A stretch of DNA of 59,849 bases from Balamuthia mandrillaris (taxonomy: Eukaryota). Position 1 is the first letter of the stretch; each line of letters starts with the position of its first letter. Shown here piece by piece: positions 11,227 through 23,998 of the stretch. The stretch spans positions 496,001 through 555,849 of the forward strand of contig JAVKOQ020000003.1 of the NCBI GenBank assembly GCA_031835245.2. The letters run 5' to 3'. Below the pieces are notes generated by a model that was not told the origin of the DNA, did no database searches, and was given only the letters and a program-made list of their open reading frames with translations. The position numbers were made by a program, and so were the translations under genes.

Positions 11227-12765
11227 ATGAAAACCGATCGGCTTGTGCTGCTCTGCAACCTCAGGCCTGCTTTGTCTTCTACTTCTTCTTCTTCTTCTTC
11301 CCTACGACTGGCGACTCCGTACTCCTCCTTTCCCTCGCACGCTTGCTGCACGCTTTCTCCCACGAAAAATTGGACATCCTCTTCTGCAGTTTTCGCTTCC
11401 AGAAAGATTTCTTCTTCGTCTTCTTCGTCTTCGCTTTCCTGCTCAGCAGCGTCACCGGCGAGAGAGTTTTGGCAGACCCAAGAGAACTTGAAAGGGAAGC
11501 ACCAGGAGGCCCTCAACAGCACGGAGGAAAAGCTTCACTTTGTGTTCGTGGAAGGCCCAGCGGGCACCGGCAAGAAGGACTTCCTGTGGCGCTTGCGCAA
11601 GATCGGGTACCGCGTGCTTCATGGCCACTCTTTTGTTCCCCTTGCCGCTCAGGTTTGTCCTCTGTCTGTTCTGTTTGATTTGATCAGTTTCTTTGGTTTT
11701 CCATCCTTTCTTTCTTGTGGCCTACTCTCGTTCCCTCTTCTCTCCTTCTCTCTTCACTTCTCCTAACGCTCACTCTCGTTTCGTGCTTTCTTCCTACCGG
11801 CGTTAAAACAAAAAAAAAAATGGGCAGCTGGATTATCATAAAGCAAACACTAGGCTGCATGCTCAGGTTGAATGGACACAACGACTTTTGTCAGGTCTTA
11901 GAAGCCTTAAGAATGAAGCTTTGGTACTTCTTCTAATTGTTCTTCTTCCTGTTCTTCTTCGTTCTTGTTCTTCCTGTTCTTGTTCTTGTTCTTGTTCTTG
12001 TTCTTGTTCTTGTTCTTGTTCTTCTTCTTCTTCTTGTTCTTCTTCTTGTTCTTGTTCTTCTTCTTGTTCTTCTTCTTCTTCTTCTTCTTCTTCTTCTTCT
12101 TCTTCTTCTGCTTGTTTTAAACTCTAATACGCTCAATAGGAAATACAGACGAAACAACAACAACCTACATTCAAAGACAACATTGTATTTGTGCATCGCA
12201 GTCCTCTTTCCTCTTATCTTCGTTTGCGACACGAAGAGGAGGCCAAACAAGGAATAGCCCCTTCTTCGAGCCGCTTCTTTTTGGAGCTGATGAGAGAGTG
12301 TCAGAAAGAGTACAGCACCTCTCTGATTGTTTGTAAGTCGGACATAATTCGCATGAAAGAGCGTTTAGCTGAGAGATACTTTGATGCTGAGCAAGAAAGC
12401 GAACAGGTTCATTCCATCTTCTCTTCTATCTTGTTATGTTTCCTTCCTTCTTCCGTCTTCATTAACAAACCCTAACAGAGAATAAGAGAGCTGTTGGGCG
12501 AACAAAATGAGGACGAAATGAACAAATGGGTTCAACTCTACAACAAACTCGCTGAAGACCAAAGCGAAGGACCAGTGGACGGAATTGTGGACACCACCTC
12601 CACCAAACAAGCCGTCGCCCAAATCTTGAAACTCTACGGCATCGAGATGAAATGGTTCGTTTGCTTTTCTTTTTCTTTTTTCTTTTTATTTGCATTTCGT
12701 AACTTTGTTTCATGTTTTTTTGTTTTAAAAAAAGGGTATTTACGCAGGAACAAGTCTTTCGTTAA
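11227..12765 (+). CDS. P-loop nucleoside/nucleotide kinase-fold protein with putative mitochondrial presequence
   Basis: Ser/Arg-rich N-terminus. Walker A FVFVEGPAGTGK, a DRS-like VFVHRSPLS motif and lid-like RMKERLAER. Multi-exon. Confidence 0.65.
11935..12112 (+). repeat. Intronic (CTT/GTT)n microsatellite
   Basis: Seen directly. Confidence 0.9.
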
Positions 12766-12838
12766 AACCTAAACCTAAAAAATGATAAACATAACAACAA
12801 AAAAAAAAGGATGTACAAAAAAAAAAAAAGCGTTAGTA

Positions 12839-14626
12839 TCACGTGGAAGAGGCGCCTTGAAGCGTCGTCATCTTCATTCCGTCTTCTCCTTCAGCACCTT
12901 CATCTTCTTCTCCCTCCTCTTCATCTTCCGAGGTCCATTCCTCGGAATCGTCATCATATGCATCCTCGTAGTCATCCTCCGGATACGCCTCAATATCCAC
13001 ATCGTAGTCCTCCTCCGCTTCGCTCTCCTTTGCTTTGATCTTGTTGATAAACGTTTGCGGGCTGAACACATCCACCGACTCCTGTATGACGTCCTTTTGG
13101 GAGACGACGTGCCCAAAGTTGCTGCAGAGCTCAGTGCAGCAACAGCAGAAACAGCAGCACCACTCCACCCAAAAGAAGCAGGGGATGTAGTCCGTCCATA
13201 TCCTGTCTTTCTCTCGGAACGTCTTGTAGCCAAACGCATAGCTATCAAAGAGAGAAAAAGGATGAGAACGGAGAAGAAAGAAACGACAAGAAAAGAAGTA
13301 CGAAGAAGAATGAATGAGAGAGAAACATAAGACAGGGAGCCAAACCCATGGGCAATGGCAACAAAGAACATCTCGATACAAATGATAAAATTCTCCAGGC
13401 CAACGGTAATGCTATGATCGGTCCATCCCTTCTCAAGAGCGTCCTCGTGGGCACCGATCCATCCCATAGCAGCCATGAAAGCAATGGCCACGCCCTGCCA
13501 GAAGGCAAACATGATGACGGCCTTGATGCACAAGAACTTGGAAACGGGGTTGAACGGCTTCAACTTCTCTTTCATGACGTGATAGAACAGCACCAAGTAG
13601 TACATGCTCACCGTGATGCTGATGTTGTCAATGATCACGATATACAGGTACGCTGTTCGATGTTTTCGTTGTTGTTGACAAAATGAATGCAGTTAGTTTT
13701 TTTTCATCTCCTGTCTTCTCTTCTCCGAGTGTTGCATGCAGAAGTAGCTTACCTGAAGTAAGGTGAAACTCGCCATCGCCATAATATCCAAAGTAGTTCA
13801 GAATGGCTGCCAGTAAGGCCAACGTCGGCTTCACAAAGACGAACTGCAGGATGCAGCGCTTGCACTGCCTCAAGAAGGCCGCTCCCGGTTTGAACCGCGG
13901 CAGGCAGCAACAGGGCCACGGGTGAGACATCTCCGGTTTAACCTCCAGTATTCTCACCACTCGTTCTTCGCCAGCGTAAGGAGAAACGGCCGAGGCCGAC
14001 GCTCCACCTACTCCAAGCTTGGCGGCTGCCTCAGCTCTAACTCCCCCGGTGCCCCTTCCTTTGCCTCTGCCTGGGGCCTCGGTGGCAGGCACGGACAGAG
14101 AGGAAGGCGCTAGCCCCCTCTGTCGAAGCCGCTCCACCTCGGACCTGTTCTTGCGTTGCCTCCTCCTTCTCTTCTTGCGCGCCTCCAGGTTCTTGCCGCC
14201 GTCCTCCGGCCCCGCAGCCTCCTCCATCTTCTTCATCTCGCCCCTCCTCCTCCGCTCCGCTCTCTCCCGCTTGCTGGTCCTGCTCACCTCCGCCGCCACC
14301 AGCCGCCTCTCCTCCTCCTCCTCCTCCTCAAAGGTGTTGATGAACGCTATCAGCAGGGCGAAGAACTGCCAGATGACGTAGGCCTCGTAGCAGTCCCTGA
14401 AGAGGTCAAAGTAGAGGCTGTGCTTGGGGAAACGCAGCGAGAGCCAGGAGTCCACCGAGTAGATGGGCACCATCAGCAGGATGCGCACGATGTAGCGCTG
14501 CAGGTGGGGCTGAGTGTAGTTCTTGAGGTGCTTGTAGATGAGGTAGAGGCTGACCACGAAGGCGAGCAGCGAGAACACGCCGCCGATCCAAACGGCTTGG
14601 TCCATCTCCAGTTCGATCAGTGCCAT
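12839..14626 (-). CDS. TMEM184: TMEM184 / OST-alpha family membrane protein
   Basis: Motifs HLKNYTQPHLQRYIVRILLMVPIYS, RDCYEAYVI, ILQFVFVKP, KFLCIKAVIMFAFWQG and ENFIICIEMFFVAIAH. Confidence 0.92.
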
Positions 14627-15116
14627 TTTTTTTAAATAAAAATAAAAATAAAAACAAACTAACGGATGGTTAGGAAGGCAAAGGAAACAAGAGAGAGGTG
14701 TGTTTTTGAATGAAGCGTGTCTACGCGGGTCCGACAAGAAAGGTCGCTCCCCCCCTTCCTTTCAGCTTTTTTCTTTCTTTTGGGTGGGGACGTTCCTGCA
14801 CTCTCTGCCTTTGATTTTTCTTCATTGATTTTTCAGGTCGACATTACGAAATTTTCCATGTCGACATGATCGATGCATTTGTCGACATAAAGTAAAAAGC
14901 CCGTCGGGTAATTTCATTGAAGGGGATGACGTGGCTTTACGATGACATCATCACCACTCTCTTGTCCTCTCTCGTGGCTTATCTCTCGTCCCACTATCAA
15001 ATCAATAAAAAAGAAAAGAAAAGAAAAGAAAAGAAAATCAGATTTTGTGGAAAGCGATTTTTATTTATTTTGTTGATGATTTTTTATTTTTGGTTAGTGG
15101 AGAGCAGAGTACTGGA

Positions 15117-15925
15117 ATGGCATCCAAACGCACGTCCACTTCCCACCCTTTCAGCCACGCCTCTCACCCGACATCAGCCACCAACGACGAAATCTGCGAA
15201 AAAGATGAAGCAGAGGACGACGAGGAAGACGGCGATGAGGAAGGAAACGAGCGCAAGGTGATGTTGAAATCGGAAGCCACGACGCTAACCGAATGCAACC
15301 TCCGCGCCCTCTTTGCCGACTCCACCCGCTGGCAGCTCCTCCACGACCAGCTGCTCCACCCAAAAAACTCCCGCCGCTACCGTTTCTTCTCGGGCCCTTG
15401 GCTGAGCATGGTGGCCTCCTCTTGCCTCCTCCTCTCCTCTTCCGCCTCCTCCTTTCTTGAGAACTACACAGAGTGTCCCATGCAAGTGGGCTCCTCGGAG
15501 AAGGTGCGACGCCAGTGGCACGCACGGCGCCTGCTGCACCTCAACCTGGCTCGCCTCTACGCCTTTCTGCTGCGCAAACGACGACGGCAGCAGCAGCAGC
15601 AAAGGGCGAGAGTGCCTAGTAGCTACTGTGAAGAAGCAAGAGAAGGAGAAGGAAGACAAGGAGAAGGAGGAGAAGCACGGGGAGGAGAAGAAACGGAGTG
15701 GCAAAGGTTTGTGGGAGACATGCCGGTGATGATACTCTGCGTGAGCCACGTGAATGAGAGAGGGCAGAAGGTGGTGGTCCTGAGGGACCCCTCTAGGGAG
15801 AGGGATGCATGGGGCTGTGTCGTAGAGCCGGATTGCCTCCTGCTGAGGTTGCACGCGCTGCCTGGCACCGTTTTGCTGCTTTCAAATGTTCGTTGCTCTC
15901 TCTGATGCTCTCGTTCTCTCGTTCG

Positions 15926-15974
<49 letters not shown>

Positions 15975-18445
15975 GGTCTTGCGTTCTCTCTCTTTCTCGT
16001 TCCTTCTTTGCTTCTGTCATTCTCTGCTTCTCTTTCTGTTTCTCTTCTCTCTCTGTTCTGTTTCTCTACTCACCATGGCTACAGCCCAAAGCCAAATTGG
16101 ACCCAACTGGACGAACGGTTTTGCTACAACTGGACTCTGCCACATTCCAAACTTCAAACAGCCATCACAATCGTCATCAACAACCAATACAAAAGAGGGT
16201 GTGGCAATCGGATGAGCCCATTCCTTGGCGTTGGCGAGACCGTGATCGCAAGCTTTGGTTTCCAAGACCTCCTCAATTCACTCTTCAAGATGGTTTCTAC
16301 ACTCCTCTTAGCATCTACACTCCTCCTGATAGACAGGAAGAAGCAGAGGATGAGTACATCACAAAGGCAAAAGCGAGACATGACAGACCACTCATGGAAT
16401 TGTTGCAAACGGATTCGTTCTTGTTAAAACAATGGAAAGAGATGCACGCTCCAAAGCTGAAACCCAAACCAAAGTCGTGGTTGCTATCGTTACAAAGACA
16501 AAAACAACAACAAGAACCAGAACGGTCACGAAAGGTACCATTTACAACACCAATAGCAACAAAACGGAAAGAAGTAGAACAAGAGTCGCTGATGGAGGAA
16601 TACCATAGTCAAGAAGTAATGCAGGGGGTAGAAATATTGTGCGAGTCACAAGGCGACGAAGAAGAAGAAGAAGGGTTTAACGACTCGCAATCAAGTCAAC
16701 AATCCAGCTCGTCGGCGTCATCGATAGAAAGCTATCCGTTACGAAGACAAGAATCTGACCCTGGATACTTTGCTGCTATCATTCCTTTTTCTTCTTCTGA
16801 CTCAGATGAGGAGAGAGAAGACGAGGAAGAAGCAGAGCATAACAACGAAGACAGAGAAGACAAGGATGAAGAAGTGAACCTAGCTGAAGAAGACAGCGAA
16901 GAGAAAGTGGAAGAGGAAGCGGAAGAAGAAGAAGTGGAAAAAGAAGAAGAAGAAGAAGAAGAAGAAGAAGAAGAACCTCAAACGTTGAAGCGAGGAGAGG
17001 ATATCGTTCTTAAGACAGAGAAGATAAGAAAAGCAGGAACGCAAGAAGAGGCTATCGTTCCAAAGAAGCCTTCTCTCAATTTTGATTATCATCCTCTCAG
17101 TCAACAACAACAGTCTTCTGTGTCGCTCTATTCAACAACAGCAATGACAACCCCGAAGCAACGCAAAACTAGATCACAACGTAAAGTGTTTTCGCAACCG
17201 TCTTCATCTTCAACTTCGTCATCACAATCATCGTCTTCTTTTCACAACATTTCTAATTTTTTCACCAGAGTTAGGCGAGAAGAAGATAAACAGGATCCTC
17301 TAGCTTTTTTATTTCAAAGCTTTGAACGAGACAAAGAAAAAAGACAATTGCGAAGTAGTCAAGACGAAAACGAAAAAGACAAGGAAACGGAAAAGGAAAC
17401 GAAACGTAAACGTAAAAGAATCAGAAAACCACAAGTTGTCTCTTCCCCAAAACCATCTTTGTGTTCTTCTTCGCCGCAACCTCGTCACAAGCGTCGACGT
17501 TCTCAAGATACTCTCACGTGCTCTTCCGCCAACATTCTTCGCTTCAATGAAAACATTTCGTCTTCGCAATGGACCCAGAATACTCCTCGTCCCGTCAAGA
17601 GAGGTTTCTTGCTTTCGCTTTTCGTTCATTTGGGTTCTTCTTTTCTGAGCTTTACTTCTTGGCAGGCTTACGAGTGCTTTCGTTATTCGATGGCATTTCT
17701 GGAGCTTATCATGCATTACGTCTTTCTGGAGTTCCTATTGCTCAATACCTCGTCTCAGAGATTGATCCTCACTGCTTGCGTCTCACGAAACAACGCTTGG
17801 GCAGCATTTGCGAGTTTTTGGGAGACGCTAGGCTGCTTAACGGAGCTGAGTTGATTGCCAAGTATGGTCAAATACATCTTCTTTTTGCAGGATTTCCTTG
17901 TCAAGGTTTCTCTTTCTTATTTCTGTCCTTCTTATTGTAATTCTATGTTCTTGTTCTTATCCTTTACACTGAATTCGTGGACAAACAGACTTGAGTTTCT
18001 TGAACCGGAACAGACAAGGTCTACGCGGAGACCGCAGCAAATTGTTTTACGAGGTGCCACGTTTGTTGGAAGAGCTGGAAGCCGTCCAAGGCTTCTGCCC
18101 TTACTTTATCGTGGAGAACGTGGCGAGCATGTCGCCCAAAGATAAAGCCTTGATCACGGACGCCTTGGGCGTTGTGCCAATCTTTTTGGATGCGCAGCGC
18201 TTTTCGGCAACATCACGGTTCTTTCTGCTTTCTTCTTTGTTTTATCATCTTAGTTTCTTCTCCACATGAGCAGCTAACTTTTTTTCTTTTCCTTGTAAAC
18301 AGAAAGCGATTTTATTGGGTGAATATCCCGCAGTTCCGTTTCCAACCTAAACACATTAAGCTGCAAGATATGTTGGATCCTGGCGGCACCGCTATCACCA
18401 TGAAAGCAGCCTGCATTACCAGTTTGTTCAATTCTTCGCCTCATA

Positions 18446-18506
<61 letters not shown>

Positions 18507-19712
18507 TGTTCTTCTTCTTCTTCTTCTTCTTCTTCTCGTTATGCTTCTATCCTTTTTTTCTCTTTTCTAACAACAGTAATAACAGCTGGAAATCATTTGG
18601 CATTTGTAAAGTACACCAACGAATATTATTCGGATCCAAGGGTGCAACAATCTCTGCGGAGGTACAACCTGGTTAAAGATGCCACAGAGGAAAATGGGTT
18701 TAGGGGCCTTCGTACGACAGAGGTCGAACGCCTCTTAGGTTCTCTCCCTCTATCCTTTCACCTTTCTTTCTGTTTCTTTGTTCTTGTTCTTCTTTTCTTC
18801 TTTCTCCTATCTTCTCTCTTCTCTCTTCTTGCCTCTTTCTTTTTCTTCTTGTTCTTCGTTCTTCTTTCTCTTGTTCTTCTTTCTTCTTTGCCTCATCATC
18901 AAATAACAATATTCGTTTTAAGGCTTTCCAAAAAATTGGACCAACTTGAACGGGGTCAGCAGGCAACAACGAAACAAAATGCTGGGCAACAGCTTCTCCG
19001 TTCCGGTGATAGCCGGTTTGCTTCGCCCGTTGGCATGGCGCATGGAGGGCCCGGAGCACAACGTCCTATCCAAGATCAAACGGCGCGTGGTCGCTCAACA
19101 AACCCTCACTCAGGTCTTTCCGAGAGCTGCTGCCCCTCCTCTTTCTCCCTCTGACGAACGACAGCTCTTGTTGGAAGCAGCAGAGGAGGAAGAAGCAAGA
19201 GCTCGACAACAAGTTGGAGAAGAAAAAGAAGAGGAAGTGGAAGAGGAAAAAGAGAAGGAGAAAGAAGAGGAGGAGGAGGAGGAGGAGGAGGAGGAGGAGG
19301 AGAAGGAAGAAGAAGAAGAAGAAGAAGAAGAAGAAGAAGAAGAAGAAGAAGAAGAAGAAAGAAAGAAAGAAGAAGAAAGAAAGAAGAAAGAAAGAAGAAG
19401 AAAGAAGAAAGAAGAAGAAGAAGAAGAAGAAGAAGAAGAAGAAGAAGAAAGAAAGAAGAAGAAGAAGAAGAAGAAGAAGAAGAAGAAGAAGAAGAAGAAG
19501 AAGAAGAAGAAGAAGAAGAAGAAGAAGAAGAAGAAGAAAGCACTCTGGAAATGATGGAGGAAGCTTATGAAAGACCGTCCGGAGAGTGGAAGAACGAACC
19601 AGAAATGGAGTGGAAGACGGATAGTCCGATCGACGTCTTTTGGGTTCGTCCTTCTGAGGATACTAACGACGACTGCGAAGATGATTGCAAATGGGAGAGA
19701 ATGTATGAATAA
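15117..19712 (+). CDS. DNMT3: DNMT3-like C5-cytosine DNA methyltransferase with N-terminal HROB/DUF4539-like OB-fold, disordered linker and acidic tail
   Basis: Phase-consistent exons 15117-15887, 16085-17603, 17666-17905, 17989-18217, 18303-18421, ~18586-18738, 18923-end. Motifs LRVLSLFDGISG (I), SEID (II), AGFPCQDLS (IV), FIVENV (VI), RKRFYWVNIP (VIII), TEVERLLGFP (IX), LGNSFSVPVI (X). The reading frame through the GAA repeat in the tail is uncertain. Confidence 0.88.
19260..19540 (+). repeat. (GAG/GAA)n tract encoding poly-Glu in the DNMT3-like tail
   Basis: Seen directly, with frame-slipping imperfections. Confidence 0.9.
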
Positions 19713-19905
19713 AAGGCCACTTGCTTTTTTTTATAGCGCGAAACGACGTTTCATGTTGTTTGAATTTCGATTGGTGAAATATACCTTCAACATCCAATCG
19801 TAATTCATATTTTCAAATTGCGAACATATATTAACAGAAATATTAAGAGAAAAAAGAAAAACAAAGCAAAGGAGTCTCTCCTTTGCTTTTTTTGAAGCAC
19901 CGAGC

Positions 19906-20514
19906 ATGCAACAAACAGGAGGAGACAAGAAGGCAAAGGTCTTGTTGGTGGTGGATTACACCACCAATTGGTACGCCAAGTTCGCCAAAGCAACGCTGCG
20001 CGATGGCACTCCCATTCGCGTCGAACAAACCGAATGGAAAGACATGAACGTTGAGGCGAGGTTCCGCTTTTCTCTCTCTCTCTCTCTCTTGTCGTTCTTT
20101 CTTTCTTTTTCGCGTTTTGAAATAAAACTAAAAGCAAGAGAACACAACTAGTTCTGAAGAAGGAGCTGTGGTGCATTTGAAAGCGTCGGAGAACCCGCTG
20201 CCGTTCTCGACGCAAAAGGAGGAGCGAACGGTTCGTCCTGACTTTATGCTGGTGCGTAATTTTCCTGGAGACTTGCACGACAGTAGGTCCGTGTCCCGAC
20301 CCGAAGCCGTTTTCGCTTCTTCTGTTTTTTTGCTTCGTTCGGGTCTGTTCTGATGGAAAGCGATAACAGCTTTAAGAACATGGTGGTTGGCCTTTTGTTT
20401 GGCAACGTTCCTGCTGTGAACACCATCGAGTCTATTTATCGCTGCATGGACCGTACGTGTCCCCTGCTTCTCTTTCCTCCTCGAGAACAGTCTCTATGCT
20501 TCTTTGCTCCCCTC

Positions 20515-20557
<43 letters not shown>

Positions 20558-20583
20558 TCTCCTTGTTGGAGGCAACGTTTTCA

Positions 20584-20643
<60 letters not shown>

Positions 20644-21653
20644 CCTTCACTCTCATTCTCTTTTCTTTCATGCTTATTCTTATCTCTTAGGGCCGGTGGT
20701 TTATGCTGAAATGCTAAAGATACAACGCAAACTCAGGAAAGAAGGGCTGGACTTTCCCATCATCCCGATGAACTACTATCCCAACCTTCGAGCCAGCACC
20801 CAACAACTCCTGTCGCCTTCTTTTCCAGCCGTCATCAAAGTGTCGAGCACTCATGCCGGTTCGTGCTCCTTGAAGCCTTCAATCTGTGTTTGCTGCTGAC
20901 CTCCTAAACTGTTTCGATTGTTTTTCTTTGTTCTTCTTCTGCTTCTTCTGCTTGTTCTTCTTGTTTTTCTTCTTCTTCTCTTCTTTGACAAACAGGTTAC
21001 GGTAAAATCCAAGCAAAAGATGCCAAGGAAATGCAAGACGTTCAATGCGTTCTTGCTCTTCATAGCGACTATTACACGTATGCCTTTCTTGTTCTTCTTC
21101 TGTTTCTTTCTTTCTTGTCGTTTCTTTCTTGTAGTTTCTTTCTTGTCGTTTCTTTCTTTCTTTCTTGTCGTTTCTTTCTTGTCGTTTCTTTCTTTCTTTC
21201 TTTCTTTCTTTAACATAAAAAACTACAGAGCAGAACCATTCGTTCCTCACGAGTACGAGTACCGCATCCAGAAGATAGGGAACCACTACAGGGGCTTCCG
21301 TCGCAACTCGGACAGCCATTGGAAGAACAACTGGGGCGCCCTTCAATTCGAGGACCACCCATTGACCGAGTTGGACAAGAGATGGGCGGACGAGGCCGGT
21401 CTGCTCTTTGGAGGATTGGACATCTTGGCTTTGGACGTGCTGCACAAGGAGGATGGCACCAATGTCATTCTGGAGCTCAACGACACTGCTAATGGTTTGT
21501 GTTCTTCTTCTTCTGTCTTCTTCTCCTTCTTCCTAAACTTTTTGCTTCTCGTTCTTAAACAAAGGTTTAATGTATGACCACGAAGAAGAAGATTTGGGGC
21601 ACATCAAAGACATTGTGTTACAAAGAATGAACGACTTGTTTTGTCCTGAATAA
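19906..21653 (+). CDS. Synapsin-like ATP-grasp protein
   Basis: Motifs KVLLVVD...IRVEQTEW, VRPDFMLVRN, NVPAVNTIESIY, FPAVIKVSSTHAGYGK, AEPFV..EYEYRIQKIGNHYRGFRR, WKNN and LFGGLDILALDVLH..G...ILELND match the synapsin C domain. Confidence 0.88.
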
Positions 21654-21896
21654 AACAAATAAGATGTGTCCTTCTTCCTCTTTCTCTTGTTCTTCTGCTT
21701 CTTCTTCTTCTTCTTGTTCTTCTTCTTGTTCTTCTTCTTCTTCTTCTTCTTCTTCTTCTTCTTCTTCTTCTTCTTCTTCTTCTTCTTGTTCTTCTTGTTC
21801 TTCTTCTTCTTTTTCATTTGTATGTCACAACAGTGTTTCTCTTGGATTGTGCGATAGAGAGGAACCTTTGAAAGAGTTAACTGTACAAAGGAACCT

Positions 21897-22834
21897 TTAT
21901 TGGTCTTCACCTTCTTGTTGCACTTCCTTGAGATGTTTGTTCTTCTTGTCTTTCTTTTTCTGCTTCTTTTTCTGCTTCTTCTTTTTCTCCTCTTTCTTCT
22001 TTTTCTTCTCTTTCTTCTTCTTTTGTTTTCGTTGCTTGTCTTCCTTTTCGTCGTCAGACCCCATGGAATCATCATCTTCTTCTTCGTCTTCGTCTTCGAT
22101 TTCTGCTGTCGCGCCCTCTTCCACCATTCGCTTTGCTTTGTCTTCCCTGTTGTGTTGAAGTTTGTCAGTTGCTCTTCTTTTACGGCAACAAAAAGCAAAA
22201 AAGACAAAAACAAAATATACTTCAAAAAAAAAAAAGAGGATTATACGAACACCTACTCTGCTTTTCGGTCCGACGCTGTCAGTTGTTGCTGCTCCTCCTC
22301 CTCTTGTGTTCTTCCTCCTTCATTCTCTTCTGTAGTTGTTGTTGTCGTTGAGGTTTCAGCACGCTCGCCGCCCTCCTCATTTTGTTGCTGCTTCTTGCTC
22401 TTCTTCGTCTTTGGTCGGTCGTAAAAGTCCTTGGCGAACCAGGAGGAGTCCTCCTCCTCCTCCTCCCACCGGAAAAAGTCGTTCCAGTGCAGCTCCAAGG
22501 CCCGGTTCCACTTGCGCCGGACCGAGTCGTTGAGGACGGCGCTGAGGGGCACCTCCCTCTCCTCGGCGCGGCACTGGAGGGCCCTCCCCACGAAGCCGAA
22601 GCAGAGCAGGCCCGTGGCGGCGCAGGCAAAGGACAAGGCACGCAGGGCGTGGACCTTGTTCTTGGAGAAGGCCTGGGAGGTGGAAGAGGAGGAGGCAGAG
22701 TAGCTACGACGGAGGAGAGAGGAAGAGGAGAGCGAAGACGGGGAGGCAAGCGAAGCGGCGGCGTTGGAGCGCGACGACGGAGCGAGGAAGGAAGAGCGGA
22801 GGGAGAAGGCGGCGTGGCCAGGGAGTCGTTGCAT
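21897..22834 (-). CDS. Hypothetical protein with mitochondrial-type presequence, single TM and charged C-terminus
   Basis: Ser/Arg-rich N-terminus ending LLRRSYS, a hydrophobic segment, and two exons joined in phase (AE|EDKAKRMVEE). Confidence 0.6.
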
Positions 22835-23179
22835 GATCCAAGGAAGTTTGGCCGCAAGGAATGGGATTTTTGGAACGAAGAGAAAGGACTTGGAAAGTAG
22901 TTTTTTTTTTGTTTTTTGAAATGAGGGAGCGTTGAGTGCTCGCGTGTCGCAAGTTCAGCCGTAGGTTTGGCGGCGGTGACCTTGTTTCTCTCTGTTTGCT
23001 GCCACTTTGTTTTCTTTTTTTTGGTTTATTTGTTAATTATTTTCCGTCGACAAACGAATTTGGGAGGTCGCGGTTCGAATCTCAATGTGTGCAAAAAAAT
23101 TTTTGTAAAAACAAAAGCGTGGGGATGGGAGTCGAACTGGCGCCAGTTGGGACAAAAACAAAAAGAAAGATAGAAAAAA

Positions 23180-23704
23180 ATGAGTTGGTGGCGGAGCGCA
23201 AGTAACGACAGCAACAAGAAGGAAGCGGCGGCGGCGGCGGACGCCGCGAAGAAGAAATCCCCCTCGCCCCCGCTCTCTCTCAACCCCACGCCGGAGCAAT
23301 GCGCCATCTACAAGCTCAACGCTGACTTTGTCATCTCCAACCTCAAATTTTCGCTGGTGCACCACACCGCCCGCACCGACGGCACCATGCTGAACGCCTG
23401 GAAGGAGGAGGAAGCTATGCTCAAAGACCAACTCAAGGTTTGTCTTTGTTGTTTTTTCTTCTTCTTCTTTTCGTTTCTTACGCAAGCACACACACACAAG
23501 GTGCTGGAAGGCTTTCCGGACAACCCTAAGCTGCGTCAGATTCGCGATTGGTTGAATGAGGACCTGGCAGAGAACCAGCGACACCAGCACGAGACGGTGG
23601 AGCCCGAGGAGGTGAAACGGATGGAGCGAATGAGGGACATGCATCGCACCATGGTGGACTCTTTGGAGAGCCTCATCCCTCTGCTCAAGGAGAAGTGTCC
23701 TTGA
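23180..23704 (+). CDS. Hypothetical helical protein (paralog of the gene at 23999-24884)
   Basis: Two exons with high-GC coding style. Motifs PTPEQCAIYK ... LLKEKCP. Confidence 0.7.
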   Translation: MSWWRSASNDSNKKEAAAAADAAKKKSPSPPLSLNPTPEQCAIYKLNADFVISNLKFSLVHHTARTDGTMLNAWKEEEAMLKDQLKVCLCCFFFFFFSFLTQAHTHKVLEGFPDNPKLRQIRDWLNEDLAENQRHQHETVEPEEVKRMERMRDMHRTMVDSLESLIPLLKEKCP

Positions 23705-23998
23705 GAAGGATACCTAAAAAGAAGAGATGTTGCTCCAATATTCTTTCTTTCTTGCTTGCTCCTCTTCTTCGCTCCTTTTCCTCTTCTCCGCTCCTTTTCC
23801 TCTTCTCTGCTTCTGTTCTATCTTCTTTTCTTCTGCTTCTTCTTCTTCTTCTTGTTCTTCTTCTTCTTGTTCTTGTTCTTCTTCTTCTTCTTCTTCATCT
23901 TCTTCTCTTCTTTCCTTTCTTTGCTTCTTCTAGAGCATCACGAAAATACAGAAAGCAAAGAAGAGAGGAGAGAGCAGTGTTTTTGTGTGGATTCAAAC

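Noticed and set aside
14019..14635. Antisense ORFs over GC-rich exons (also 22279-22900, 24468-25073, 58631-59050)
   Set aside because: These are shadow ORFs caused by high GC3 and have no recognisable motifs.
19106..19570. Poly-S/L/K/R ORFs here and at 4052-5156, 11888-12257, 21533-22424, 28277-28945 and 48808-49637
   Set aside because: These are artefacts of stop-free microsatellites read in other frames or strands.
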